Assembly: GCA_027078545.1 (NCBI GenBank) | Contig: JALWXN010000004.1 | Span: 705,100 to 737,099 of the forward strand | DNA from: Nitrososphaeria archaeon | GTDB taxonomy: Archaea; Thermoproteota; Nitrososphaeria; Geothermarchaeales; JDFR-13 | Direction: 5' to 3' | Length of the DNA stretch: 32,000 nucleotides | Part shown: in pieces, positions 8,128 through 16,116 of the stretch | How positions within the stretch are numbered: position 1 is the first letter of the stretch | Layout: each line of letters starts with the position of its first letter | Made by a program: the position numbers and the translations under genes | Notes under the pieces: generated by a model | Database searches by the model: none | What the model was told of the DNA's origin: nothing | Seen by the model: the letters and a program-made list of their open reading frames with translations, nothing else

Positions 8128-9119
8128 CCAGACATCCTTATCAATATCTTCCCGTCACGCTCCCTGCTGAATAGGCTGTTTAGCGCCTCACCAGCCTGGT
8201 CTAGGCTATATATCCTCCATATCCTAGGCTTTACCACACCCCTCTCTAAATCCCTAAGCACATCCTTGAACTCTTGGATGGTTCCCCCGGTCACCCCTAT
8301 TAGGCTGGTCTCTCTACGGTAGATCGGGGCTACCCCGCCTGGAATGTCCATCGAGGTTAGGCCGCCGAATGTCATTACATATCCATGTCTCTTGACGATG
8401 ATTAGCGACTCTGCCAATAATTTTCCGCCCAATGGGTTGATGATGAGGTCTGGCTCTCCCCACTCATCTATAAGCTGCTTAACATCCCCGGGAGGGACTA
8501 CCCTGGAGGCCCCGAGCCCTGAGACCCAGTCCTTCCTCGTTACGGCTGCGACGTCTATCCCTGCTTTTGCTAGGTACTGGACTATATACATCCCGACGTT
8601 GCCCGATGCCCCATATACCAGGGCCTTCTCAATACATAGCTCCAAAGCCCTATTCACCGCATGCTTGGCCGTTAGGGCTGATACACCGGCCGTGGCCTGT
8701 ATCTCAGGCTCTCCACCAGCCTCATAAACGTTCTTCTCCGGTAGCTTGACATACTCCGCGTATGTCCCATCCACTACACCACCTACGATACCGCCCCGTA
8801 GGCAGAGGTTCTCATGCCCCTCCCTACACTCCTCACACTCTCCACAGTGTATCCAGGGATAGATACTGACCTGCATCCCCTTCTTGAGGCGGTTTACACC
8901 ATCGCCCACATCGACGACTATCCCTGAGGCCTCGCTCCCCACGATCCTTTTAGGCGGGTCCAATGGGTATCTACCACTGGCTATCCAGTAGTCTATAGGA
9001 TTCACACCTGTATAGAGAATCTTCACCAGGACCTCTCCCGGGCCAGGCTCCGGCGTCCCTACCTCCCCAACCACTAGTCTGGGCGGGTCAACCTTCCCAC
9101 TATATGTTGCTGCCCTCAT
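8124..9119 (-). CDS. MDR-superfamily NAD(P)-dependent oxidoreductase (zinc-ADH/quinone-oxidoreductase-like)
   Basis: Structural-zinc lobe CGECEECREGHENLC (C-x2-C-x2-C-x7-C). Rossmann motif VYGASGNVG. The GHE signature reads GSEASG and the first ligand region is QOR-like (GVNPIDY). Confidence 0.85.
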   Translation of the reverse strand: MRAATYSGKVDPPRLVVGEVGTPEPGPGEVLVKILYTGVNPIDYWIASGRYPLDPPKRIVGSEASGIVVDVGDGVNRLKKGMQVSIYPWIHCGECEECREGHENLCLRGGIVGGVVDGTYAEYVKLPEKNVYEAGGEPEIQATAGVSALTAKHAVNRALELCIEKALVYGASGNVGMYIVQYLAKAGIDVAAVTRKDWVSGLGASRVVPPGDVKQLIDEWGEPDLIINPLGGKLLAESLIIVKRHGYVMTFGGLTSMDIPGGVAPIYRRETSLIGVTGGTIQEFKDVLRDLERGVVKPRIWRIYSLDQAGEALNSLFSRERDGKILIRMSG

Positions 9120-9188
9120 CCCATATCCACATCATTATCTATAGCCTCCGACCGATTATGTATCATCTACATTGCCTGGTGGTGGGGC

Positions 9189-9929
9189 TTGAGGATACGC
9201 GGCGTATCTATAGACCTATGGTTCACACTCGTGTATGACGATGCTGAGAGGTATAGGCTGTTCCAGAGGTCTAGGATAGACTATATCTATGGAGTCCTGA
9301 AGATGTATCGTGACGATGTGGCGAGGGAGGACTTAGAAGGCCTATTCGAGGAGTTCAAGACCTTCATGATGGAGGTTCATCCCTATAGGCTGATGCAGAT
9401 GGTCGCCGCGGCTCTTGGAGTCGACTCCGAGGCTGTGGACGAGATGTATAGCAGGTATATAGACGCCGCCTGGAATGCGAGGCCCTATGTAAACAGAGAC
9501 GCCCTCAAATTCCTCGAGTGGTGTGAGGAGCGTGGCCTACCAGTAGTTATAACAACGAACACGACCTACTCTAGGGAGATGATAGAGCGGATGTTCAGCA
9601 ACATCGGGCTGGAGAAGTATTCCGAGAACGTGGTCTCGTCGGCGGAGGTGGGTGCTGCCAAGCCTAAGCCCGAGATCTTCAGGGCAGCGGTCGATAAGCT
9701 TGGACTTAATCCCAAGGAGGTTCTACACGTGGGGGACAAGTATGTCCATGACGCGTTAGGGGCGTATCTAGCAGGGCTTAGGCCTGCCCTCTACAGGGGG
9801 CTCTGGGACAGGTATGGACGGTTCATGGGCTTTGGTGAGGAGTTCGAGGTCAGGAGTTATCCACCGTATATCTGGGTCGTGGATAGCTTCGAGGAGCTTA
9901 TCGAGAGGCTGGAGAGGATAACAGGCTAG
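9189..9929 (+). CDS. HAD-superfamily hydrolase (subfamily IA-like)
   Basis: TTG start. Motif I SIDLWFTLV, motif II VITTNT, motif III Lys in AAKPKPEIF, motif IV HVGDKYVHDALGA. Confidence 0.8.
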   Translation: MRIRGVSIDLWFTLVYDDAERYRLFQRSRIDYIYGVLKMYRDDVAREDLEGLFEEFKTFMMEVHPYRLMQMVAAALGVDSEAVDEMYSRYIDAAWNARPYVNRDALKFLEWCEERGLPVVITTNTTYSREMIERMFSNIGLEKYSENVVSSAEVGAAKPKPEIFRAAVDKLGLNPKEVLHVGDKYVHDALGAYLAGLRPALYRGLWDRYGRFMGFGEEFEVRSYPPYIWVVDSFEELIERLERITG

Positions 9930-9982
9930 CCTAATACCCCTATTTAAATCGGCGTGGGGGCAATACAATACTTGACACTTAT

Positions 9983-11155
9983 TTGAACACCCCATTGGAT
10001 GAGGTGTCGCCGGTGGCCGATGTCGGTATAATAGGGGTTGGGACGACCCAGTTCCGTCCCGAGACCCGTGAGAAGCTGTTCAAGGAGCTTATGTACGAGG
10101 CTGCCTACCGAGCCTATCTCGAGGCGGGTGTCGATCCTAGGCGTGACATAGATGCCTTCATAACGGCCTCTGAAGACCTCTGGGAGGGCCTGGCAATATT
10201 CGATGAGTATGTCCCAGACCAGCTGGGCGGAGTATTGAAACCGGTCTTCACTGTGGGTGGGGACGGTATACATGGGCTTATCCATGGATACATGCTCATA
10301 AAGACAGGTAGGTTCGACGTCGTGGCCGTGGAGGCGCATAGTAAGGCCAGCGAGATAGAGAATATCAAGAAGGTGGTTAGGTTCGCCCTCGACCCGATAT
10401 ATCTACGCCCAGTCATCGAGGATGTCGACGTCCTAGCGGGGCTGGAGATGGCTGCCTCCCTAGGCTGCTACGGCATAGACATGGATACTGTGAACGAGGT
10501 GATACTGAAGAACCACTTCAACGGATCCTTCAACTCGGCTCCCTATGCCCAGAACCTCGACGAGAACAGCTTCGAGACCCCTGAATACCTTGCCGAGCCG
10601 CTGAGGGCACTGGACGTGGCTCAATACGTCGATGGAGGAGTGGTCATCGTCCTAGCCTCCAAGGAGTACATCTCGAGGGAGGGATTGGAGCCCGTATGGA
10701 TAGAGGGTGTAGGCTGGGCTACACAGGGTGGACGCTTCGAACGCTTCCTAGACATGCCCGGCGAGGGCTTGGCTGCAGCTGCTAGGATGGCCTACGACAT
10801 GGCTGGCGTCTCGAGGCCTAGGAGGTATTTCGACCTGGCAGAGGTGGACGACAGGTTCAGCTTTAGGGAGCCTGTATCACTGATAGCCCTCGGCCTAGCC
10901 AGTGGAGACGTCAACCTGGACTATGCGGACAGGATTTTCGATATGGATGGGGAGCTCCCAGTGAACGTCTCCGGCGGGTTCCTCGCAAATGGGTATCCAC
11001 TAGAGGCGGGAGGCCTTATGAAGCTTGTCTACGCAGCTAGGCAGATATGGGGCGAGGCCGGGCCCAACCAGCTCGACGATGTGGAGAAGGCGTTGGTGGC
11101 GACTAGGAGGGAGATACCCTCAACCACATATGGGGTAGTAGTCCTATCGGGGTGA
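9983..11155 (+). CDS. Thiolase-fold (SCP2-thiolase-like) protein lacking canonical catalytic residues
   Basis: N-terminal VGIIGVGTTQF and C-terminal DLAEVDDRFSF...PVNVSGGFLANGYPLEAGG follow the thiolase layout. The nucleophile elbow reads TVGGDG (no Cys), HDCF reads VDDRF and GHP reads GYP. The start is uncertain (TTG 9983, or GTG 10004/10013). Confidence 0.8.
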   Translation: MNTPLDEVSPVADVGIIGVGTTQFRPETREKLFKELMYEAAYRAYLEAGVDPRRDIDAFITASEDLWEGLAIFDEYVPDQLGGVLKPVFTVGGDGIHGLIHGYMLIKTGRFDVVAVEAHSKASEIENIKKVVRFALDPIYLRPVIEDVDVLAGLEMAASLGCYGIDMDTVNEVILKNHFNGSFNSAPYAQNLDENSFETPEYLAEPLRALDVAQYVDGGVVIVLASKEYISREGLEPVWIEGVGWATQGGRFERFLDMPGEGLAAAARMAYDMAGVSRPRRYFDLAEVDDRFSFREPVSLIALGLASGDVNLDYADRIFDMDGELPVNVSGGFLANGYPLEAGGLMKLVYAARQIWGEAGPNQLDDVEKALVATRREIPSTTYGVVVLSG

Positions 11156-12339
11156 TCAATATGAAGATGAATATCTATAGGAAGAACCGTGTCGCGTGTG
11201 TTGGGGCCGGGCTAACCCTCTTCAGGCGTAGGCTGATGGAGACGAGCGACGAGCTCATGTGGCTAGCCGCTAGACAGGCGCTCGACGAGGCAGGCCTAAC
11301 CATAGAGGATATAGACTGCATAATATTCGGGACAGCCCCGGACAACTTCGACGGCATCCATATGCAGAGCGAGGCCCTTGCTGATGGGGCAGGAGCCGTG
11401 AATAAGCCCTATACAAGGGTCTATGTAGGTGGTGGTACAGGGGTCTTCAGCGTTATAGCCGGGTGGTGGCACGTGGCCTCTGGACTGTGTGACAGGGTGC
11501 TCGTCATAGCGGAGGAGAAGATGAGCCATGTACAGCCCCATCCCCAGTACCTCTTCCACCACATCTTCGACCCCGTGACTGAGAAGCCCCTGGGCGTCAA
11601 CCTGATATGGATCTTCGCCCTGGAGATGCATCGATACATGTATAAATACGGCATCAAGAAGGAGGACATCGCCCTCGTCTCGGTGAAGAATAAGAGGAAC
11701 GCGTTGGACCATCCATCCGCCCAGGTGGCTGCGAAGATAACTGTGGAGGACGTCCTCAACAGCGAGGTACTGGTATGGCCCGTCCAGAGGCTCGACATCT
11801 CACCCGTCTCAGACGGTGCTGGGGCCCTCGTGCTTGTCAGTGAGTCGGAGGCTAAGAAGCTTACCGACGAGCCTATATGGATCGACGGCGTAGGGTGGAG
11901 CCTCGACACGATGTACTGGACAAATAGGGACCTGGCATTCCCCGTCTACCTATACTACGCAGGTAAGATGGCCTATGAGATGGCGGGGATCGAGAACCCG
12001 AGGAAGGAGATAGACTTCGCAGAGGTCTACGACCCCTTCGACTATAAGGAGCTCCACCACATGGAGGGTCTACAGCTTGCTAGGAAGGGTGAGGCGCCTA
12101 TACTAACTAGGGAGGGAGTCACCGAGCGGGATGGAGACCTCCCGATAAACCCGAGCGGAGGCCTACTAGGCGTGGGGAACCCGATCGCTGCAGCCGGGAT
12201 AATGAAGGTGGCCGAGGTCTACTGGCAGCTGAGAGGAATGGCGGGTAAGAGGCAGGTCAAGAAGGATGTGGTCACCGGCCTGGCCCAGGCCTGGGGAGAC
12301 CTTATGCAGGTGGGCACAGTCGTGGTTATGAGGAGGTGA
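11152..12339 (+). CDS. Thiolase-fold (SCP2-thiolase-like) protein, second paralog, also lacking canonical catalytic residues
   Basis: VACVGAGLTLF, VLVIAEEKMS and DFAEVYDPFDY...PINPSGGLLGVGNPIAAAG. The nucleophile position reads VGGGTG, HDCF reads VYDPF and GHP reads GNP. GTGA overlap with the upstream stop; ATG 11161/11167 are alternative starts. Confidence 0.8.
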   Translation: MINMKMNIYRKNRVACVGAGLTLFRRRLMETSDELMWLAARQALDEAGLTIEDIDCIIFGTAPDNFDGIHMQSEALADGAGAVNKPYTRVYVGGGTGVFSVIAGWWHVASGLCDRVLVIAEEKMSHVQPHPQYLFHHIFDPVTEKPLGVNLIWIFALEMHRYMYKYGIKKEDIALVSVKNKRNALDHPSAQVAAKITVEDVLNSEVLVWPVQRLDISPVSDGAGALVLVSESEAKKLTDEPIWIDGVGWSLDTMYWTNRDLAFPVYLYYAGKMAYEMAGIENPRKEIDFAEVYDPFDYKELHHMEGLQLARKGEAPILTREGVTERDGDLPINPSGGLLGVGNPIAAAGIMKVAEVYWQLRGMAGKRQVKKDVVTGLAQAWGDLMQVGTVVVMRR

Positions 12340-12344
12340 GCCGG

Positions 12345-12872
12345 ATGGATACTAGGCCTAAGAACCCGGAGGGAACCCCATATAGGATGGAGGATCTGAG
12401 GAGTGGGGCCATACCATATACCGAGGATAGTCTAGAGGCATGGTACCGCTGGAGCCTGGGGAAATATCTAGGCAAGTATCTAGAGGGGCTTAGGGAGGGT
12501 AAGATCTATGGTAGGAGGTGTAACAACTGTGAGAGGATCTATGTCCCGCCTAGAGAGGTGTGCCACCACTGCTTCCGCACCACCGATGAGTGGGTGGAGG
12601 TCGGTGATACTGGGAGGGTTAACACAGCCGTGGTTAGCTATATATCCGCTGATAGGGGTAGGGTGGAGGAGCCCATAATAATTGCGGTTATAGAGCTGGA
12701 GGGAGCCTCGCCAGGGATCGGCATCCTACATAGGCTTGGAAACGTGTCCCCCGAGGACGTGAAGAGTATGAAGATATTCGGTAAGAGGGTAAGAGCAGTT
12801 TGGAAGCCTCCTGAGGAGAGGACTGGCTCGGTAAACGATATCCTATACTTCGAGCCTATCGAGGAGGTGTAG
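12345..12872 (+). CDS. DUF35-family protein (rubredoxin-like zinc ribbon + OB fold), thiolase-associated
   Basis: Zinc ribbon CNNCERIYVPPREVCHHC followed by an OB-like segment (GRVNTAVVSYI). ATG 12345 is preceded by GGAGGTGA at a 7-nt spacing. The ORF track opens at GTG 12336, overlapping the upstream stop. Confidence 0.8.
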   Translation: MDTRPKNPEGTPYRMEDLRSGAIPYTEDSLEAWYRWSLGKYLGKYLEGLREGKIYGRRCNNCERIYVPPREVCHHCFRTTDEWVEVGDTGRVNTAVVSYISADRGRVEEPIIIAVIELEGASPGIGILHRLGNVSPEDVKSMKIFGKRVRAVWKPPEERTGSVNDILYFEPIEEV

Positions 12873-12876
12873 GGGT

Positions 12877-13293
12877 ATGGAGTATAGGTTTAAGGTGGAT
12901 GTCCCCGGCTATATCTACCCCACGGGGAGGGCTGGAAAGATATTCGCCGAGAACATTAAGAAGGGCGTAGTAGTAGCGTCTCGCTGTGACGAGTGTAGGG
13001 TGTACTTCCTACCCCCAACAGCCTACTGCCCACACTGCTTCAACGAGCTCAGGAACTATACCCCGGTGGAGACATTCATACTGGTCGCCAAGACGGTCCT
13101 GGAAAAGGGTGTTGAGAAGGTCGCCTATGGATATGTCAAGGGGATTATAGGTGGTGAGGAGACCCAGGGAGGCTTCATACACAGGGTCGACCCCGACGCC
13201 GAGCCGGGAGAGGTTTTGAAACCCGTTCTGAAGCCCGAGGAGGAGCGCCGGGGGATCATTACAGATATAGAGTTCTTCGCCAAGGCGGACTAG
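12877..13293 (+). CDS. DUF35-family protein (zinc ribbon + OB fold), second copy
   Basis: Zinc ribbon CDECRVYFLPPTAYCPHC. A GGAGGTG Shine-Dalgarno sequence lies upstream of ATG 12877. This is the last gene of the four-gene operon. Confidence 0.8.
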   Translation: MEYRFKVDVPGYIYPTGRAGKIFAENIKKGVVVASRCDECRVYFLPPTAYCPHCFNELRNYTPVETFILVAKTVLEKGVEKVAYGYVKGIIGGEETQGGFIHRVDPDAEPGEVLKPVLKPEEERRGIITDIEFFAKAD

Positions 13294-13307
13294 CCCCCCT
13301 CCCCCAA

Positions 13308-13312
13308 TTTTT
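13308..13312 (+). terminator. Oligo-T archaeal terminator candidate after the thiolase-like/DUF35 operon
   Basis: T5 run 15 nt after the TAG at 13291-13293, preceded by a C-rich tract. Confidence 0.35.
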
Positions 13313-13415
13313 ACACCAGTCGTAAATACTCTTATCCTAAGTAATTAGGGGGATTGATTAAATCTGCCCTGATTGATATGAGATTGTGGATAACTAAGAC
13401 CGGAGGTGAAGCGAT

Positions 13416-14012
13416 ATGGATCAGAAGGTTATTGCCGGTGTAGCGATCGTCATACTCATAGCTGCCATCGCGGGATACTTCATGATGAGTAGCCCCGCCG
13501 GTGAAACAGGCGGGGGTGAGGCTGGTGAGGAGACATACATAGTTATCGGCTACTACTGGGGCTTCAAGATATACGACTCCAACTACAACCCTGTGGACAA
13601 GATCATGGTTAAGAAGGGAACGACCCTAAAGATAATATTCCTCAACGCCAGATCCTTCGCCGAGGACTTCTATGGCCCACTGGAGGAGGAGAGTAAGCAG
13701 AAAGGCGTAGGTGGCCTCGACAACGGGCCATTGGAGCAGAAGATCATGGAGGCTTTGGAGACTAACTTGGTTGACCATGGCCTACAGATAATTGGATATG
13801 GCGTGAGTGTAGCTACGAACTATAAGGCTTTCAGCGGAACTGCCAAGACACTCCAGGAGTTCTTCCAGAACGAGCCTCAGGACGCTATTAACCAGCACAC
13901 AGTAGTCTTCAAGGCCGATAAGACGGGTGTATTCGACTTCGTCTGCTACGTCGTCTGTGGCTATGGCCACTCCTTCATGAGCCTAAAGGGCGCTCTCCAG
14001 GTGTACGAGTAG
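13416..14012 (+). CDS. Membrane-anchored CuA-type cupredoxin (cytochrome oxidase subunit II-like), orphan
   Basis: One N-terminal TM. There is an upstream His in LVDHGLQI and a complete CuA motif, C-x3-C-x3-H-x2-M, in FVCYVVCGYGHSFM (compare the mitochondrial CG..HSFM). GGAGGTGA lies 8 nt before the ATG. Confidence 0.75.
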   Translation: MDQKVIAGVAIVILIAAIAGYFMMSSPAGETGGGEAGEETYIVIGYYWGFKIYDSNYNPVDKIMVKKGTTLKIIFLNARSFAEDFYGPLEEESKQKGVGGLDNGPLEQKIMEALETNLVDHGLQIIGYGVSVATNYKAFSGTAKTLQEFFQNEPQDAINQHTVVFKADKTGVFDFVCYVVCGYGHSFMSLKGALQVYE

Positions 14013-14023
14013 GCGCCCAACAC

Positions 14024-14608
14024 CTAATCCTTTTTACCCAGCTTGTCAAACTCTCCTCTGAGGGCTAGCTCCAGGTTCCTGAGGTACCATCTAGTATCCT
14101 CGTCCACCCACTTCTCAACTTCATAGTATCTAATCTTCCCGTCACTACCCATCGTGACGACGAGGGAGATCCCGCTGTTTATTATGGCCCTCCTACATCT
14201 CTCACAGGGCTTTGCGTCTAGGACCTTGCCTGTCTTCGGGTCTATGCCGTAGAGGTATAGTGTCCCTCCATACACCGAGGCGCCGTTCCTGGCGGCGTTG
14301 ATTATACAGTTCTCCTCGGCATGTACCGCTGGGCATAGGTCGTAGGCCGTGCCATGTGGAAGGTTGAGTATATCCTTTATACACCCACCGACCTCGTAGC
14401 AGTTTACACCTCCCCTTACAGGGCCGTTGTAGCCGGTAGATACGATTGCGTCCTTAACCACGACTATGGCTCCGTAGTGTGCCCTTGTACATGGGCTCCT
14501 CATCGAGACTGCCTTGGCTATCTCGAGGTAGTATAGGTCCTTCTCTATCCGCCCACCGCTCTGGCCAGACATAATATCAATAACTCTCCCTGGGCGGGGA
14601 TAAACCAT
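14024..14608 (-). CDS. dCMP (deoxycytidylate) deaminase, zinc-dependent CDA fold
   Basis: HAEENCI (H-A-E zinc/catalytic motif) and PCERCRRAI (PCxxC). ATG at 14572 (MSGQSGG...) is an alternative start. Confidence 0.9.
   Translation of the reverse strand: MVYPRPGRVIDIMSGQSGGRIEKDLYYLEIAKAVSMRSPCTRAHYGAIVVVKDAIVSTGYNGPVRGGVNCYEVGGCIKDILNLPHGTAYDLCPAVHAEENCIINAARNGASVYGGTLYLYGIDPKTGKVLDAKPCERCRRAIINSGISLVVTMGSDGKIRYYEVEKWVDEDTRWYLRNLELALRGEFDKLGKKD
14031..14035 (+). terminator. Oligo-T terminator candidate for the cupredoxin gene
   Basis: T5 run 19 nt downstream of the TAG at 14010-14012. It lies inside the last codons of the convergent deaminase gene. Confidence 0.25.
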
Positions 14609-14620
14609 TCCAACCTATTA

Positions 14621-16000
14621 ATGGGAAGCCTGATTGAAATATCTCCTAGCCAGAACACCACCTACATGGATAGCCTCAAGAGGGGGATAGAGTCCTTCCT
14701 CCTCGAGAAGCTGGGTGGTAGGCCTCCAAGCGCCAGCTACACAGTCGTATGGAGGGATGGAGAGACTCTACGAGGGGCTGTTGGCTATAGGGATGTGGAG
14801 GAGGGGCTCCCGGCGACGCCTGAGACGCTATACGGGGTGGGTAGTATAACGAAGACCTTCACCGCCTTAACAGTACTCATGCTCCAGAGGGAGGGCCTAC
14901 TATCGCTCGACGACCCCATATCACGATACGTACCCATCGATATGGAGATCGGGGGTGAGGAGGTTAGGATATGGCACCTCCTAAGCCACACCTCTGGGGT
15001 AGCCGCACTGGCCTATGCGGAGAGCCTGCTGAGGGGCTATGTAGGTGAGTCGCCCAGCTACCTACCCATCTCGGGGCCGGAGGACATACTCTCCTTTATG
15101 GAGGGGTGGAGGGACTGGGCCATCGCATGGCCTGGTGAGAAGTACTTCTACCTTAACGAGGGGTTCGTCCTCGTGGGTATGGCCATCGAGAAGGCGACTG
15201 GGATGAAGTATGAGGATGCCCTCAGGAAGTATGTCCTGGAAAGGCTGGGCATGAGTAGCACAACTGTTGGTAGGCCTATAGACATGGGTATGATGGCGAC
15301 GCCCTACGTGGTCGGTAAAGAGGGTTTGAGGAGGGCTAGGGTCCCACCCCTAGGGGCAGATGGAGGGATGATAACAAATGCAGTTGACATGTCACGCTTC
15401 CTAATGGCTATGCTCAACAGGGGTGGCGACGCCCTTCCCAGAGAGGTTGTCGATGAGCTTGAGAAGCCAAGGATAAGGACCTCCCTACTCAATAGGGAGG
15501 AGTATTACTGCCTAGGCCTATCAAAGACCGTCGTGGGTGGGCTGGAGCTGTATGGGCATAGCGGCTCAGTCCTGGTCTACACGGCCTACATGGCCTACAA
15601 CAGGGAGGAGGGCGTCGGCGTCGCCGTCATGTCGAACGGGACTGGCTACCCAATGTCTAGCGCCGGGCTATACATACTGGCCAGGGCCCTAGGCAGGAAC
15701 CCGCTAGAGTTCGAGCCACTCCTCATCGACGAGGCTCTGAACAGCCTGGTAGGCACCTATGAGAGCTTCAAGGGCGGCTTCAGAGCCAGGGTTGAGAGGA
15801 TGGGTGGTATACTCATAATCAAGTATAGTGGGAGGAGCTACGAGGTCTCAATACCCCTGATTCCAAGGGATCTCTCAGGGGACGAGAAGATCTTCGAGGC
15901 TATAAATGGTGACCGGCGCTACGAGGCGGTCTTCTACAAGCGGGACGGTGAGCTGTATCTACAGGTTGAGAGGTATCTATTCCGGAGAGTCCCTGCTTGA
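14621..16000 (+). CDS. Beta-lactamase-fold serine hydrolase / S12 peptidase with beta-rich C-terminal domain (Pab87/CubicO-like)
   Basis: SxxK (SITKTF), YxN (YLNEG) and H-x-G (GHSGS) motifs. The ~100-aa beta-rich C-terminal extension and the size are consistent with archaeal S12 self-compartmentalising peptidases. That subfamily assignment is from memory and unverified. Confidence 0.8.
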   Translation: MGSLIEISPSQNTTYMDSLKRGIESFLLEKLGGRPPSASYTVVWRDGETLRGAVGYRDVEEGLPATPETLYGVGSITKTFTALTVLMLQREGLLSLDDPISRYVPIDMEIGGEEVRIWHLLSHTSGVAALAYAESLLRGYVGESPSYLPISGPEDILSFMEGWRDWAIAWPGEKYFYLNEGFVLVGMAIEKATGMKYEDALRKYVLERLGMSSTTVGRPIDMGMMATPYVVGKEGLRRARVPPLGADGGMITNAVDMSRFLMAMLNRGGDALPREVVDELEKPRIRTSLLNREEYYCLGLSKTVVGGLELYGHSGSVLVYTAYMAYNREEGVGVAVMSNGTGYPMSSAGLYILARALGRNPLEFEPLLIDEALNSLVGTYESFKGGFRARVERMGGILIIKYSGRSYEVSIPLIPRDLSGDEKIFEAINGDRRYEAVFYKRDGELYLQVERYLFRRVPA

Positions 16001-16116
16001 TACCCATAGACGGGTCGCCCGGCATATATAGTATATCGCCCCATTAGGGCGGGAGAGGTGTTCAGACACTGAGTAATAGGAGGCTACTAGTCCTACTCCT
16101 AATCCCCATCCTAATC

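Noticed and set aside
8344-8749. Plus-strand ORFs of 127 and 60 aa within 8344-8749
   Set aside because: They are antisense to the MDR oxidoreductase gene, and their products are Ser/Pro-rich with no motifs.
9983-11155. Idea that the first thiolase-fold gene is the archaeal HMG-CoA synthase of a thiolase/HMGCS/DUF35 mevalonate module
   Set aside because: The length (390 aa) and the C-terminal NVSGG...G.P motif match SCP2-type thiolases, not HMGCS. There is no EFACKAG-type Cys motif.
11175-11909. Minus-strand ORFs of 60-162 aa inside the second thiolase-like gene, and 9944-10416 inside the first
   Set aside because: They are antisense to genes with a clear thiolase-fold layout, and none has an independent start context or promoter.
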